A stretch of DNA of 55,138 bases from Synechococcus sp. (GTDB lineage: Bacteria; Cyanobacteriota; Cyanobacteriia; Thermostichales; PCC-7336), in contig JBFRWD010000156.1 in NCBI GenBank assembly GCA_051439425.1, positions 1 to 55,138 of the forward strand, written 5' to 3'. The position numbers and the translations under genes are program-made. Position 1 is the stretch's first letter, and each line of letters starts with the position of its first letter. The notes below the pieces were generated by a model. It did not search any database, was not told where the DNA came from, and saw only the letters and a program-made list of their open reading frames with translations. Shown one piece after another: positions 39,699 to 50,162 of the stretch.

Positions 39699-41123
39699 CT
39701 AGAGCTTTACTGCATTAGGATCGAGTGGTTCCGGCCCCAGTCCATAAGGTTTGGGAATATCGGGTTCTTGTGGATTTGTAGCATTTTCTGCTGAGGGAGC
39801 CGGCAGAACCGAGCGATCGAGAACTGCACAAGTTATCAGACATACGTACAGAACCCAACCGAAGTTGTTGTAACTATAGAAAGATGTTTCGACCATATTT
39901 GCAGCGAAAGCCTGAACTACAAATAAGACGGGGAACAGAGCTAGGAATCCTTTCGTTAGACGGACATACTTTAAGAAGTTGAGAAGCGAAGACCAAAGAT
40001 TGATCAGCAAACAAGATAGCCCGATAAAGCCAAAGCTCAACATGGTTTCAAGGTATCCATTGTGAGCATGGGTCTTTGCATTAGTGCTCGCGAGGTGGGC
40101 AAGGATAGCTGACGGTCCTTCCAATCCACCGGCCCAATAGGCCTCGTATCCGTATCCCAGCCAAAATCGTTGATAAATAGATTCAACAAGAACTGGCCAG
40201 AAATTGGCACGTCCAGTCAATTCAGTATCTTCACCAAAGGCTTGCAATACAACTGCAGAGTTCTCGGATACATACAGAAGACCGAGTAACGCAATCAGAA
40301 GCGTTCCAAAAATGATTGGAAGCATCCGACTAAATTTGCCTCGTGGAATAAATACAAAAGGGATTGATGCAAACGACAGAAGACACGCGCCCAACCCTGT
40401 TGTCGATTGAGTTGCTGTCACCATTCCAAAGCTAATCAGGGCAAATGCACCATTGAACAAGCGACTGCCTTCTCCCGAGAACGCAAGCGAAAGGAAGACA
40501 ATAACACTAGTGGCCAAACGAACAGCAGCAGCATTCTTATGGTAATATACGCCTCTAAATGCTCCAGGGTGTTTCTCTTGCATGAATCCCCAGTGTGGGA
40601 ATACCACGGCAAATACAAGCGATATCCCTACAATAATCACGAAAACATATCTCAGTAGATATAGAATCTCTTTCAAAGTATACCGACCACCCAAGTAGAC
40701 GCCAAAAAGACTGGTGTTAACAAGGGCAAATGATCGTCTTAAGGTCACATCAGGAAAAGGAGACCATAAGGTAGAGAGTAGTGGAATAAATACGACTATC
40801 CACAAAAGGCCACCACCTTTAATTAATGGGATAAATCGATTCCTATTCCGATATATGAAATAGGATGTCAGAGCATAAAGTACAAGATATACAGGTTGCT
40901 GAATTTTAGCGGCCGCATCCCACCCTATTACTAATAACAGGATGGGATTCATATAAAACAGCAGAGAGAATACTGTAAATGCTGTTTCAAAGTTGAATGT
41001 AGGACTAATGCCATTCGCATTCGGTGGCAATGCAGACTGCGATGCTGATTTCAGTTTACTGATAGCTTGCTTCAGCTTCGGAGGAAGACATGATTTCAAT
41101 CTACTAAGTTTGAAGCTCAACAT
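39699..41123 (-). CDS. O-antigen ligase/polymerase family (Wzy/WaaL, ExoQ-like) membrane protein
   Basis: LSTLWS..P.VTLRR, RGVYYHKN, LTGR..FW, GYGY..YW, HAHNGYLE; multiple TM helices. Confidence 0.88.
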   Translation of the reverse strand: MLSFKLSRLKSCLPPKLKQAISKLKSASQSALPPNANGISPTFNFETAFTVFSLLFYMNPILLLVIGWDAAAKIQQPVYLVLYALTSYFIYRNRNRFIPLIKGGGLLWIVVFIPLLSTLWSPFPDVTLRRSFALVNTSLFGVYLGGRYTLKEILYLLRYVFVIIVGISLVFAVVFPHWGFMQEKHPGAFRGVYYHKNAAAVRLATSVIVFLSLAFSGEGSRLFNGAFALISFGMVTATQSTTGLGACLLSFASIPFVFIPRGKFSRMLPIIFGTLLIALLGLLYVSENSAVVLQAFGEDTELTGRANFWPVLVESIYQRFWLGYGYEAYWAGGLEGPSAILAHLASTNAKTHAHNGYLETMLSFGFIGLSCLLINLWSSLLNFLKYVRLTKGFLALFPVLFVVQAFAANMVETSFYSYNNFGWVLYVCLITCAVLDRSVLPAPSAENATNPQEPDIPKPYGLGPEPLDPNAVKL

Positions 41124-41779
41124 AAAATCAGCTAATCAGGTCGATGTTGCAGAAAAAATCAAACGGCAATTCTTCACTAACGTCAGATACGCTGTGCCAT
41201 TCTGACTGTGTCACAACCACTCGAAGGGAGCCTTGAGTCGCAAAACGAAGCTCGATCTAAAGGGCCTCGTCGGGGTGCACTGCAATCCGTTGCCATGCGA
41301 ACAGGAAAGCCGCAGCACCTCGCATTAACTTATTAGAGCTTTTTATACTAAAAAATAAATCTACATACTTAGGTTACCGCAACTTGTGGCGGTGGCAACT
41401 GTGAAAGAGAGTCCCTGCAGGTAACGAAGTCTAGGCATTGTGGTAACACGGCCAATCTGAAGTAAGTTTCAGCAGGTTTGCTTCGTCCCAGCCCTGACAT
41501 GCCTGTTTGATAAACGACTCCGTTTACTTCCGTTGTGCTACGAGCTGCCCTGGGGTGGAAGGTGAATGAGAGCGAGCCAACTCAAGAGAGCGGAAGGGGG
41601 CAGGCATCTATCCTACGGTTGGCTGAACTTCACATGGAATCATCCAATGGGAAGCAGCTACAGGGGGAGTCTTGCCTGTATGTCCCTCATGGCTTGCCAA
41701 AAATTCTAGGTGCATCCGGCAGAGAGGTTGAGGGCTTGGAGCAAAAGGTTCGCTCCTGCCTTTGATGCTGTTATTGCGA

Positions 41780-41876
41780 TCGGCAATCCTCTATGGAGAC
41801 TTCCCTGATTACTGTTCCTTGAAAATCAATTATTTTCGCGGGCTCAACCCTCCAGACCTTACAGCGGATTGCTATA
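41780..41876 (+). mobile_element. miniature inverted-repeat element family A (uninterrupted)
   Basis: GGCAATCCTCTATGGAGACTTCCCTGA...CCAGACCTTACAGCGGATTGCTATA; terminal IR GCAATCC/GGATTGC. Confidence 0.8.
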
Positions 41877-41883
41877 TGAATGA

Positions 41884-41918
41884 CAAAACCGACTGCCTCC
41901 TTTTAGGGGCGGTCGGTT
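41884..41918 (-). terminator. probable intrinsic terminator of the Rieske gene
   Basis: Minus strand AACCGACCGCCCCT-aaa-AGGAGGCAGTCGGTT followed by TTG, ~28 nt after the stop. Confidence 0.6.
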
Positions 41919-41945
41919 GTTGAGATTGTTAAGTCCGATTACCAA

Positions 41946-42296
41946 CTACAGATCTACCCAGACGCTGCCATCTTCGACTTTGGTGGCGTAGGTCGGTAAA
42001 GCTTTTTGCTCTGACATCTGACCCATTAGCTTGCCCACCACGGGAGGAAACGGAGTCCAGTCCTTGACGGCACCAGTCTTGAGATCGAAGGCGCTGCGAT
42101 GGAATGGGCAGACGATCGCCCCATCGTCGGTAACTTTACCTCGCTTCATCGAAAGCTTCATGTGCGGGCATCGAGTCCCGACGGCATATACAGTCCCTTG
42201 AAAATTGATCATTAAGACCTTGCCGCTTTCGGTCTTAACAACTCTTCGCTCCCCTTGGACTAACTCGTCGTTAGACAGAACTTTTATCCAACTCAT
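41946..42296 (-). CDS. Rieske [2Fe-2S] ferredoxin-like protein
   Basis: CPH...CPFH.S.FDL.TG Rieske motifs. Confidence 0.92.
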   Translation of the reverse strand: MSWIKVLSNDELVQGERRVVKTESGKVLMINFQGTVYAVGTRCPHMKLSMKRGKVTDDGAIVCPFHRSAFDLKTGAVKDWTPFPPVVGKLMGQMSEQKALPTYATKVEDGSVWVDL

Positions 42297-42382
42297 TGAT
42301 AACCCGTCAGTCGTATTTACAGCAATTTATGACCCTCTCATTGTGCGACAGAACACCAGGTTTTCAGCATTTAATTAACCAA

Positions 42383-42925
42383 TCACCATTGGTAAAATGT
42401 CAGCCTGGTATGGCCGTAGGTTCGGCGATCGCGGACGTGTAATCCTTCAACTTCATCGGGTAACTCAAGCGACTCTCCGTGTTCAGCCACTAATTCTCCT
42501 CCCGGAGCGAGGAGTTGGAGGCAGGCCACTGCCTCAATCGTTGGTAGATAGAGAGAGCTGGCATACGGTGGATCGAAATAAATGCAGTCGAAGGGCTCGC
42601 GATGTCTCCATCGTTTTAATACTCGCCGCACGTCCCCCTTCATCACCGATATTTGCTGCCCATCTTGTGCTAGTTGCTGCCAATTGTGCTGAATTACGCG
42701 GCAGGCGACTGGCGATTGCTCGATGCCCACGACTTCTTGCGCGCCGCGGCAGAGGGCTTCAGCTCCCATCGCACCGATTCCAGCGCACAAATCCAGCCAA
42801 CGACAGCCATCAACCCGATCTCGCCAAATATTGAGCACGGCTTCTCGCACCCGGCTGGATGTGGGGCGAGTGTCTTGCCCTGATAAAGTTTTGAGAGGGC
42901 GATTTCCGTAAACTCGAATAGACAT
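42383..42925 (-). CDS. rsmD: 16S rRNA m2G966 methyltransferase
   Basis: TRPTSSRVREA, LDLCAG.GA.G.EAL.RGA, YFDPPY, YG.T.LTFY. Confidence 0.93.
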   Translation of the reverse strand: MSIRVYGNRPLKTLSGQDTRPTSSRVREAVLNIWRDRVDGCRWLDLCAGIGAMGAEALCRGAQEVVGIEQSPVACRVIQHNWQQLAQDGQQISVMKGDVRRVLKRWRHREPFDCIYFDPPYASSLYLPTIEAVACLQLLAPGGELVAEHGESLELPDEVEGLHVRDRRTYGHTRLTFYQW

Positions 42926-43063
42926 GGTGCGATCGCAAGCATTGAGTCCAGCTTATTCGTTTTGAGTACTGGCCAGAGGAGGGAGCTTTAGCGGTGAGTA
43001 TGAACCGGTTATACATTCGGGGGATTTGGTCCTAGTTTCTTTCGTGCCCACGCAATTTGCGAT

Positions 43064-43783
43064 ATGACAGACGAACTGACTTGGCTCACCCCTTCCCATT
43101 GGGTTGTAATGGGATTGTTGCTTGGATTTGCAGTGGCCCACAGCGGGTTAGCTGCGCTGCGAGCCAAGGGGGAGGCGATTATCGGCGCTAGAGCCTATCG
43201 CGTCCTATTTGCGCTGGTGAGTATTCCCTTCGCCACAGTATTAATCATCTATTTCTTCAATCATCGGTATGACGGTGCGCAGATGTGGATGGTGCAGGGA
43301 GTTCCTGGGGTGCGAGAGTTTGTCTGGATTGCATCGGCTATTTCATTCATTTTTCTCTATCCATCTACGTTTAACTTGCTAGAGATTGCAGCCCTCAAGA
43401 AACCGGAAGTGCACTTATATGAGAGCGGAATTATCCGCATCACCCGCCACCCTCAGATGGTCGGTCAAGTGGTGTGGTGCATCGCTCATACGTTGTGGAT
43501 CGGCACAACTTTTACCCTAGTGACCTCTTTAGGCCTGATTGCCCATCATGTGTTTGCTGTATGGCATGGCGATCGCCGCTTAGCAGCTCGTTACGGAGAC
43601 GCGTTTTTGAAGGCCAAGGAACGCACGTCTGTAGTTCCATTCTTAGCGCTCGTCCAAGGTCGCCAAACTCTGAAGCTAGAGGAATTTATTAAGCCCGCAT
43701 ATGCAGGGATTGCACTCTTTGTGGGTCTGCTGTGGTGGGGGCACCCTTGGTTGATGGAGGTGACGGCTAGGGCTCCGTTTTAG
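43064..43783 (+). CDS. NnrU-family protein, 15-cis-zeta-carotene isomerase (Z-ISO)-like
   Basis: HSGLAALR, RAYRVLFA, YPSTFNLLE.AA, GIIRITRHPQM.GQ..WC.AH, HGDRRL..RYG, RTSVVPF. Confidence 0.85.
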   Translation: MTDELTWLTPSHWVVMGLLLGFAVAHSGLAALRAKGEAIIGARAYRVLFALVSIPFATVLIIYFFNHRYDGAQMWMVQGVPGVREFVWIASAISFIFLYPSTFNLLEIAALKKPEVHLYESGIIRITRHPQMVGQVVWCIAHTLWIGTTFTLVTSLGLIAHHVFAVWHGDRRLAARYGDAFLKAKERTSVVPFLALVQGRQTLKLEEFIKPAYAGIALFVGLLWWGHPWLMEVTARAPF

Positions 43784-43802
43784 GGTGCGGGAAGTTGGGG
43801 GA

Positions 43803-43844
43803 TTAGTCCTTGGTCATTTGTCCTTAGTCCTTGGTCATTCGTTC
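43803..43844 (+). repeat. heptamer tandem repeat (STRR-like, TTGGTCA type)
   Basis: ttagtcc ttggtca tttgtcc ttagtcc ttggtca ttcgttc. Confidence 0.7.
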
Positions 43845-43950
43845 CTAATTCTGGGATGTTCAAGTGCCGCTGCTTGTTCTGCGATCATTAGCTTGTCCTA
43901 ACCTCTGAAATCTTGTCCTGCAGTAATAAAGACAGAAAAGCTTTGCCTGA

Positions 43951-43978
43951 TGACCCGTGACCAATGACCCATGACTTT
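43951..43978 (-). repeat. heptamer tandem repeat, opposite orientation
   Basis: tgacccg tgaccaa tgaccca tgacttt (TGACCAA is the reverse complement of TTGGTCA). Confidence 0.6.
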
Positions 43979-43986
43979 CCCTCCTC

Positions 43987-44682
43987 TCACCCCAATTTCT
44001 TTGCCCCCCCAATCGACCATAACGGCTTGCCCACCATATTCAAGACATCGCGCAACAGCGGTCCTTCTTGAGGAGTAAACCGCTTAAGGCGAGAATGGGC
44101 ACGGGTATCGGCTAGATCGAAACGAGGAGCAAAGGGAAACGCTAATTTGCTGCGCAGCCACTTTGTGGGTGCCTTTTCCAAACAACTGTTGTAATCGTTT
44201 GCTGCCTCGTTATAGGCACGACAGTCTTTGGCCACGAGGGTTTTTGTTGTTGCCAGTTTGAGTTTGATGTCTCGATATCGGCGGTTGCCTTCCGCATCCA
44301 CATGCTTTTCCAGTACGTCCATCGCCAGCCTTACGTTTTTATCCAAATCTGAGGATGAAGCCGCGACGGCGCCCGAGGCATCCCATGTCAAACGAGTTAG
44401 ATCGTGTGCCAGTGCCCCATAATCATCAAATTTCAACGCCATATCCATTGCTTTTTGGGCTAGATGGGCGCGTTCCGCATAGCTGTCCAGTAAATCGGTG
44501 CGGGCGGTGTTGGCCGCTTGTAATTGATGCTGTACGCCATAGCAGCTCATGCTTAGCCATATAGTTGCAACTATCAGTGCTACTAGCACCACAAAGAACA
44601 GACCCGTGTCCACCATCCAAGACAAGGCCAAAGCTACGGCCATGCTGAGGAAAATGAATCCGTAAAGCTGTAATCGGGACAT
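43987..44682 (-). CDS. LemA-family membrane-anchored protein
   Basis: N-terminal TM helices and LemA-like C-terminal YNEAANDYN...P..WL...L.F; ATG at 44682. Confidence 0.7.
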   Translation of the reverse strand: MSRLQLYGFIFLSMAVALALSWMVDTGLFFVVLVALIVATIWLSMSCYGVQHQLQAANTARTDLLDSYAERAHLAQKAMDMALKFDDYGALAHDLTRLTWDASGAVAASSSDLDKNVRLAMDVLEKHVDAEGNRRYRDIKLKLATTKTLVAKDCRAYNEAANDYNSCLEKAPTKWLRSKLAFPFAPRFDLADTRAHSRLKRFTPQEGPLLRDVLNMVGKPLWSIGGAKKLG

Positions 44683-45012
44683 GAGACGTGATGACGACTG
44701 CCCTCTCAGCCTGCCCAAACCCCTTGTGAAAAGAGGCTGTCAGTGCTCATTGCTGTGGATTTAAACGCTGCGTAGCATCTCCGATCCGCTTGCCGCCAAC
44801 CTCAGTTACTGGAGACATCAGAGGGGTTGATATTGTGTTTGCCGATCGGTGTTTAAGCAGAGCGATCGCCTAACGCGCCAGCTTCATCTCAACTGCGGCA
44901 CCGAATACTGCTTGGAGTTCTGTTCCTAAACCCAACTTTTCAGAAAGAACGGTAGCTCTCAAGCTAGCTCCCCGTAAGATGAGGCATACGCTACGTTTGA
45001 CATCAGAGAAGT

Positions 45013-47388
45013 ATGGGCACATCCACCACCACTAGTCTCGACCTCAGTCATCTTAACCCCGCCCAAAGGTCGGCTGCTGCCCATTATGAAGGACCGATGT
45101 TAGTGGTGGCTGGAGCCGGCTCCGGTAAAACTCGAACGCTGACCTATCGTATTGCCAGCTTGGTGCTCAACCATCGGGTTAATCCCGAGTACATCATGGC
45201 GGTGACCTTTACCAACAAAGCCGCGCGCGAGATGAAGTTGCGTATTGAGCAGCTCTTTGCAGAGCGGCGGGCGGAAGAGCAGTTTGGTAAGCCATTGACC
45301 GAGCTATCTCCACTGGAGCAAACGCGGCTGAAATCTCAGGTCTATAAGAACCTGATCAAGCCGATGTGGATCGGTACTTTCCACAGTCTGTGCTCCCGCA
45401 TTCTTAGATTTGATATCGCCAAATTTCAGGACGAGCGAGGGCGGCAGTGGCAGCAGAATTTCTCGATTTTCGATGACTCGGATTCCAACGATGCCATCAA
45501 GAAGATTGTGGTGCGCGATCTGGAACTGGACGATCGCAAGTTCAACCCTCGCTCGGTGCGATACGTTATCAGCAACGCCAAGAATCAGGGGTGGACGCCC
45601 GCCGAATTTGAAAAGCAGGAACCCAACTTTCGTGGCCGTACCATCGCAGAAGTTTATCGCCGCTATCAAGACGTGCTAGCGGAAAACAACGCTCTGGATT
45701 TTGATGACTTAATTTGGGTGCCGATGCTGCTGTTTCGGCAAAACGAGTCCGTCCTTGACTATTGGCACCGGCAGTTTCGCCACATTCTGGTGGATGAATA
45801 TCAGGATACCAACCACACTCAGTACGAACTCATCCGCTTGCTGACGACCAATGGGCAGGCACGAGCCGAATGGAACTGGCGCGATCGCTCCGTGTTTGCA
45901 GTTGGAGATGGGGATCAATCTATCTATGCATTTCGCGGCGCCGACTACCGCATATTAATGAGCTTCCAAGACAACTTCGGTGATGGATTGCCGGATGATG
46001 ATACCCGTACGTTGGTGAAGTTAGAAGAAAATTACCGCTCTAGCGCCAACATCCTAGAAGCTGCTAACGCGCTAATTTCCCTCAACAGCGAGCGGATTGA
46101 TAAGGTGTTGCGACCCACCCGCGAAGCTGGGGAGCAAATTCGCTATTACCGGGCCGAGCACGAGCAAGACGAAGCCAACTTTGTGGTGGGACAAATTCGG
46201 GCGTTTGTCCAAGAAAACAGTTCTCGTCCTTACGGCGACTTTGCTATTCTCTATCGCACCAATGCCCAATCACGACCGTTTGAAGAAGCTCTCATGCGCT
46301 GGGGGTTGCCTTACACCGTGGTTGGTGGCTTGCGATTCTACGATCGCCGCGAAATCAAAGATATCCTGGCCTATCTAAAGCTTATTAATAATGACGCCGA
46401 TACCCTCAGCTTGGGGCGTATTATTAACACTCCTCGGCGGGGGATTGGGGCTTCCACCGTCAGCAAGCTGCAAGATGCTGCCCAGCAGTTAGGCATGCCG
46501 CTGTGGGAAATTCTCTCGGATGATACATCGGTTAAGAGTTTGGTTGGACGGAGCAGCAAGAACGTGCTGGAATTTGTCCGCATGGTCGAGAATTGGCGGG
46601 CGCAAGCAGAGACGGTCAGTGTCTTGCAACTGCTCGAACTCGTGCTGGATGAGTCGGGATACGTGCGGTCACTGGAAATGCAAAATAACGATGAATCCCA
46701 AAGTCGCCTGGAAAATATCAAAGAATTGTTCAATGCCATCCAGCAGTTCCAGGAGGAAACTGACGACCCAACGCTATCGGCCTATCTCTCCCAAGCCTCC
46801 CTCAGCAGTAACCTGGAGGATTTGCAGGAGGAAGGCAGCAGCATTTCCCTGATGACGTTGCACAGTGCTAAAGGGCTAGAATTTCCTGTGGTCTTTCTCG
46901 TGGGATTGGAGCAAGGGTTGTTTCCCCACTTTCGATCGCAGGACGATCCTGAGGCGCTCGAAGAAGAACGCCGCCTCTGCTACGTCGGCATTACCCGGGC
47001 CGAGGCGCAGCTTTACATCACTCATGCAGAGGCTCGACGCCTGTACGGCCGGCGTGAGTTAAGCTTACCCTCCCCATTTTTGACCGAGCTGCCCAAAGAC
47101 TCGTTGTTGCCGCTATCCGATCCGTTGCCCGATCGCCGTCAAGAGCCGGCCTTGATGCGCCAAAGTATTCGCGATCGCGAGCAGGTGAAGTCTACTGGCG
47201 TTCGTGCCAAAAATCGCACGGTCGTCAACTGGCAAGTGGGAGACAAGTTGGAGCATAGTTCCTTCGGTCAAGGGAAAATTACTCACGTGTTCGGTGTGGG
47301 CAACAAAGTCTCGATCGCCGTCAAGTTCACCGGATTGGGCCAGCAAAAAATTCTCGATCCGCGATTGGCTCCCATTCAAAAGCTGTAG
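45013..47388 (+). CDS. pcrA: ATP-dependent DNA helicase PcrA/UvrD
   Basis: AGAGSGKT, TFTNKAA, VDEYQDTN, VGDGDQSIY.FRGA, LEENYRS, LYRTNAQSR, TLHSAKGLEF, EERRLCYVGITRA. Confidence 0.97.
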   Translation: MGTSTTTSLDLSHLNPAQRSAAAHYEGPMLVVAGAGSGKTRTLTYRIASLVLNHRVNPEYIMAVTFTNKAAREMKLRIEQLFAERRAEEQFGKPLTELSPLEQTRLKSQVYKNLIKPMWIGTFHSLCSRILRFDIAKFQDERGRQWQQNFSIFDDSDSNDAIKKIVVRDLELDDRKFNPRSVRYVISNAKNQGWTPAEFEKQEPNFRGRTIAEVYRRYQDVLAENNALDFDDLIWVPMLLFRQNESVLDYWHRQFRHILVDEYQDTNHTQYELIRLLTTNGQARAEWNWRDRSVFAVGDGDQSIYAFRGADYRILMSFQDNFGDGLPDDDTRTLVKLEENYRSSANILEAANALISLNSERIDKVLRPTREAGEQIRYYRAEHEQDEANFVVGQIRAFVQENSSRPYGDFAILYRTNAQSRPFEEALMRWGLPYTVVGGLRFYDRREIKDILAYLKLINNDADTLSLGRIINTPRRGIGASTVSKLQDAAQQLGMPLWEILSDDTSVKSLVGRSSKNVLEFVRMVENWRAQAETVSVLQLLELVLDESGYVRSLEMQNNDESQSRLENIKELFNAIQQFQEETDDPTLSAYLSQASLSSNLEDLQEEGSSISLMTLHSAKGLEFPVVFLVGLEQGLFPHFRSQDDPEALEEERRLCYVGITRAEAQLYITHAEARRLYGRRELSLPSPFLTELPKDSLLPLSDPLPDRRQEPALMRQSIRDREQVKSTGVRAKNRTVVNWQVGDKLEHSSFGQGKITHVFGVGNKVSIAVKFTGLGQQKILDPRLAPIQKL

Positions 47389-47692
47389 GGGGAGTAAAAA
47401 TCGGTCCTCAACCAGCTGAATGAGCTGGCGCTGTCTACGGTCTATCACTCAGCCCCTCAACGACCCTCATTGCTGGGAGCAATCTGGATTGACAGAACGA
47501 CCGAATTTCAGTGAGGATTAACACCGATTTGTGGATGATGAAATACCATTTGGCTTGGGGGCAATCGCTCGCACGAGTACTGTGATGTTGGTGGTTTAGC
47601 TGAATAGATGCAGTGCGGCTAGCAGTGTTAAATGAACGGCGCTCGCAGGCATCACGTTACAATCTGCACGTTCATCTGGGGTTTGGAAGGGT

Positions 47693-49057
47693 ATGGGGCC
47701 ATCAGTTCGGGTCGTAATCGTTCGACATGGCGAAAGCACCTATAACGTAGAGCGACGGTTTCAGGGATTACTGGATAAGTCTGTGTTGACCGCGCGGGGG
47801 CTGAGTCAAGCGGTCTGTACGGGGCAAGCTCTGCAGGATGTGTCGGTTGACCTACTGTGCAGCAGTCCCTTGCAGCGGGCTCGCCAAACTGCCGATGCGA
47901 TCTCGAACGAGTTGAATAGTGCCGGCCAGTCCGTAGCGGTGCAGTCTTCCCCTCTGCTCAAAGAGATTGCCCTGTATAGCTGGGAAGGCATGACCTTCGA
48001 TGAAATCAGCGAGCACCATCCGAACGATTTTGCCCTGTGGCGCGAGCGCCCCCACGATTTGCAGATGGGCGATCGCTACCCGCTGCGCGATTTATGGCAG
48101 CAGGCCAACGAGTTTTGGCAATGGTTGGGCAGTCAGTCTTTGGCACGGGGGGATGGCCAGCCCCCTACCGTTCTGATTGTCGCTCACAGCGGTATCAACC
48201 GTGCCCTGATCGGTACAGCGCTGGGGTTAGCGGAACCGACTTACCAGCAATTCGGGATGAATAACTGTTCTATCAGTATTCTGAATTTCCTCAACGGTTT
48301 AGGTAAGCGTGCTCAGGTAGAATCCCTCAACCTCACCAGTCATGTGGGCGATTGCTTGCCGCCCAGTAAAGGAGGCATGCGCCTATTGCTGGTTCGTCAC
48401 GGCGAAACCCAATGGAACAAGGAAAAGCGTTTCCAAGGACAGCGGGACATTCCCCTGAACGAGACTGGGGAAGAGCAGGGACGGCTAGCCGGTCAGTTCT
48501 TGCAACGACAAACGTTCGATATTGCATTTTCGAGCCCTCTCAAGCGTCCGTGGAAAACAGCGGAATTTATCTTAGAGAGCAACACCAGCGCTCGGGCTAC
48601 TGACCCACCCTTGGGGCTGATCCCGATGGATGACCTGCAGGAAATCAGCCACGGTTTGTGGGAAGGATTGCTGGATAGCGAGATCGAAGCTCAGTTCCCC
48701 GGAGACTTGGCTGTTTGGCAAGCCACCCCCGAAGTGGTGCAAATGCCTGGCGGGGAGAATCTCAATCAGGTGTGGGAGCGGTCGTTTACCGCTTGGCAGC
48801 AGCTTGTCCGTCGCACGGCAACGGTTGGAGACACAGCGACAGGATTGGTCGTCGCCCACGATGCCGTCAACAAAGCAATTTTGTGCAAGCTCCTGAATCT
48901 AGAGCCCGATGCTTTTTGGTACTTCAAACAGGGAAATGGGGCGGTGAGCGCGATCGATTATCCTTATGGGCCGGAGGGGCTACCGGTATTGCGGGCTCTC
49001 AATATCACCAGCCATCAGGGAGGGGTGATTGACTGTACGGCAGCCGGAGCACTGTAA
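47693..49057 (+). CDS. histidine phosphatase family protein with two tandem phosphoglycerate-mutase-like domains
   Basis: Two RHG motifs (VRHGES, VRHGET), SSPL.RA/RP, VAH motifs. Confidence 0.92.
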   Translation: MGPSVRVVIVRHGESTYNVERRFQGLLDKSVLTARGLSQAVCTGQALQDVSVDLLCSSPLQRARQTADAISNELNSAGQSVAVQSSPLLKEIALYSWEGMTFDEISEHHPNDFALWRERPHDLQMGDRYPLRDLWQQANEFWQWLGSQSLARGDGQPPTVLIVAHSGINRALIGTALGLAEPTYQQFGMNNCSISILNFLNGLGKRAQVESLNLTSHVGDCLPPSKGGMRLLLVRHGETQWNKEKRFQGQRDIPLNETGEEQGRLAGQFLQRQTFDIAFSSPLKRPWKTAEFILESNTSARATDPPLGLIPMDDLQEISHGLWEGLLDSEIEAQFPGDLAVWQATPEVVQMPGGENLNQVWERSFTAWQQLVRRTATVGDTATGLVVAHDAVNKAILCKLLNLEPDAFWYFKQGNGAVSAIDYPYGPEGLPVLRALNITSHQGGVIDCTAAGAL

Positions 49058-49106
49058 ATGAACTCCGAAAATGCAGGTTGGGGGCAGGTAATCTAAGGCT
49101 GGCGAT

Positions 49107-49550
49107 CTAAGGCAAGTGAGCCACGATCGTATCGTTCCTGCGGTCGACCGACTGAACAGCCGCAAAGGCAGCCATCCATTTGTCTAATTCATCGGCAGTG
49201 ACATCGTCGGTAGACAGGAGTAGCGCGTTAGTTTGCGAACCAAAATGCAATACGTCGCCGATTTTCAACAAGCGACTGCGAGTGGCTTGGCCATTCAGCT
49301 TTAGTCCGTTTTGGCTGGGGCGGCTGGCACTAAATCCGTCGAGGGCTAGATATTGTGGAGCCAGTCCCGAAATACCGACACGATACAGGCGGGCGTGTTG
49401 GCGAGAGGCATGGCGATCGAACAGGCGAATCGAACAATCGGCAGCGCGACCGAGAGTATAGCGTTGCTCGGTCAGCAACAGTGCTCGCCGACCAGCACAG
49501 TCGTTAATAACCAGAATCAAAGAGGGTTGCATAGAGGGGGACTGATGCAT
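49107..49550 (-). CDS. stand-alone FHA domain protein
   Basis: LGRAADC, ASRQHA, SQNG..LNG FHA motifs; ATG at 49550 (alternative start 49583). Confidence 0.85.
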   Translation of the reverse strand: MHQSPSMQPSLILVINDCAGRRALLLTEQRYTLGRAADCSIRLFDRHASRQHARLYRVGISGLAPQYLALDGFSASRPSQNGLKLNGQATRSRLLKIGDVLHFGSQTNALLLSTDDVTADELDKWMAAFAAVQSVDRRNDTIVAHLP

Positions 49551-49670
49551 GAAAGTAACTTTTTGCGAAAAGACGAATGTCACCTGAGATGCCCGAGTGG
49601 CAACGCTTGCTTGGAAACGTTAAGTATTTCTATTGGATGATCATAATTTATACTACGTGTATTCAAAAAA

Positions 49671-49688
49671 GTCAGTGTATACACTGAC
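49671..49688. promoter_or_regulatory. perfect 18-bp palindrome, candidate operator
   Basis: GTCAGTGTATACACTGAC in the AT-rich divergent region between the FHA and SulP genes. Confidence 0.45.
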
Positions 49689-49810
49689 AGTTTCTTTTGT
49701 GAGTCCAATTTGGTACAACTTGGTGGCTTCGTTGTCTTTGGCTGCAGTCCAGGCAAATGAGGTTGAAGATCAGCGCGGAGTCGCAGTAGTCCGTCTCATT
49801 ATTGGATATG

Positions 49811-49901
49811 TAGTATTTGCCATTTCAATTTGGGATAGAGGTTCCGATCGTAGTCAGGGCTGGACATAGCTGAAATGTCCGCAGTGGTATGGCCACTGCT
49901 A
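49811..49901 (-). mobile_element. miniature element family B (free-standing copy, 91 bp)
   Basis: TAGTATTTGCCATTTCA...CATAGCTGAAATGTCCGCAGTGGTATGGCCACTGCTA followed by TA; same length as the nested copy at 33281-33371. Confidence 0.8.
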
Positions 49902-50162
49902 TATCGATCGCCGATCTCGATGCTTGAAGAATTGGGTAATGGCTGTATCGTTGCAATGCTTTCCATTCTGCGATTCTCGAGCAGATGCTAGTCAGAAGGG
50001 TTGAGCAGGAATGTCAAGCTGTAGATGGTTGCAGTGATGTTCACTGTGGCCTGGGCGATCGCGCTTTGTTCCAAACCTGAACTCTCTTTTTGGGGATGTG
50101 CATGTTGGAGCGTGGCAGATGGTGTTTGTATATAGGCGTGTGTGGCTAAGGCGTGCATATCC

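Noticed and set aside
41130..41770. Long intergenic region as ncRNA/riboswitch or 76-aa ORF
   Set aside because: No known RNA motif or protein family recognised; an Rfam/Infernal scan would be needed.
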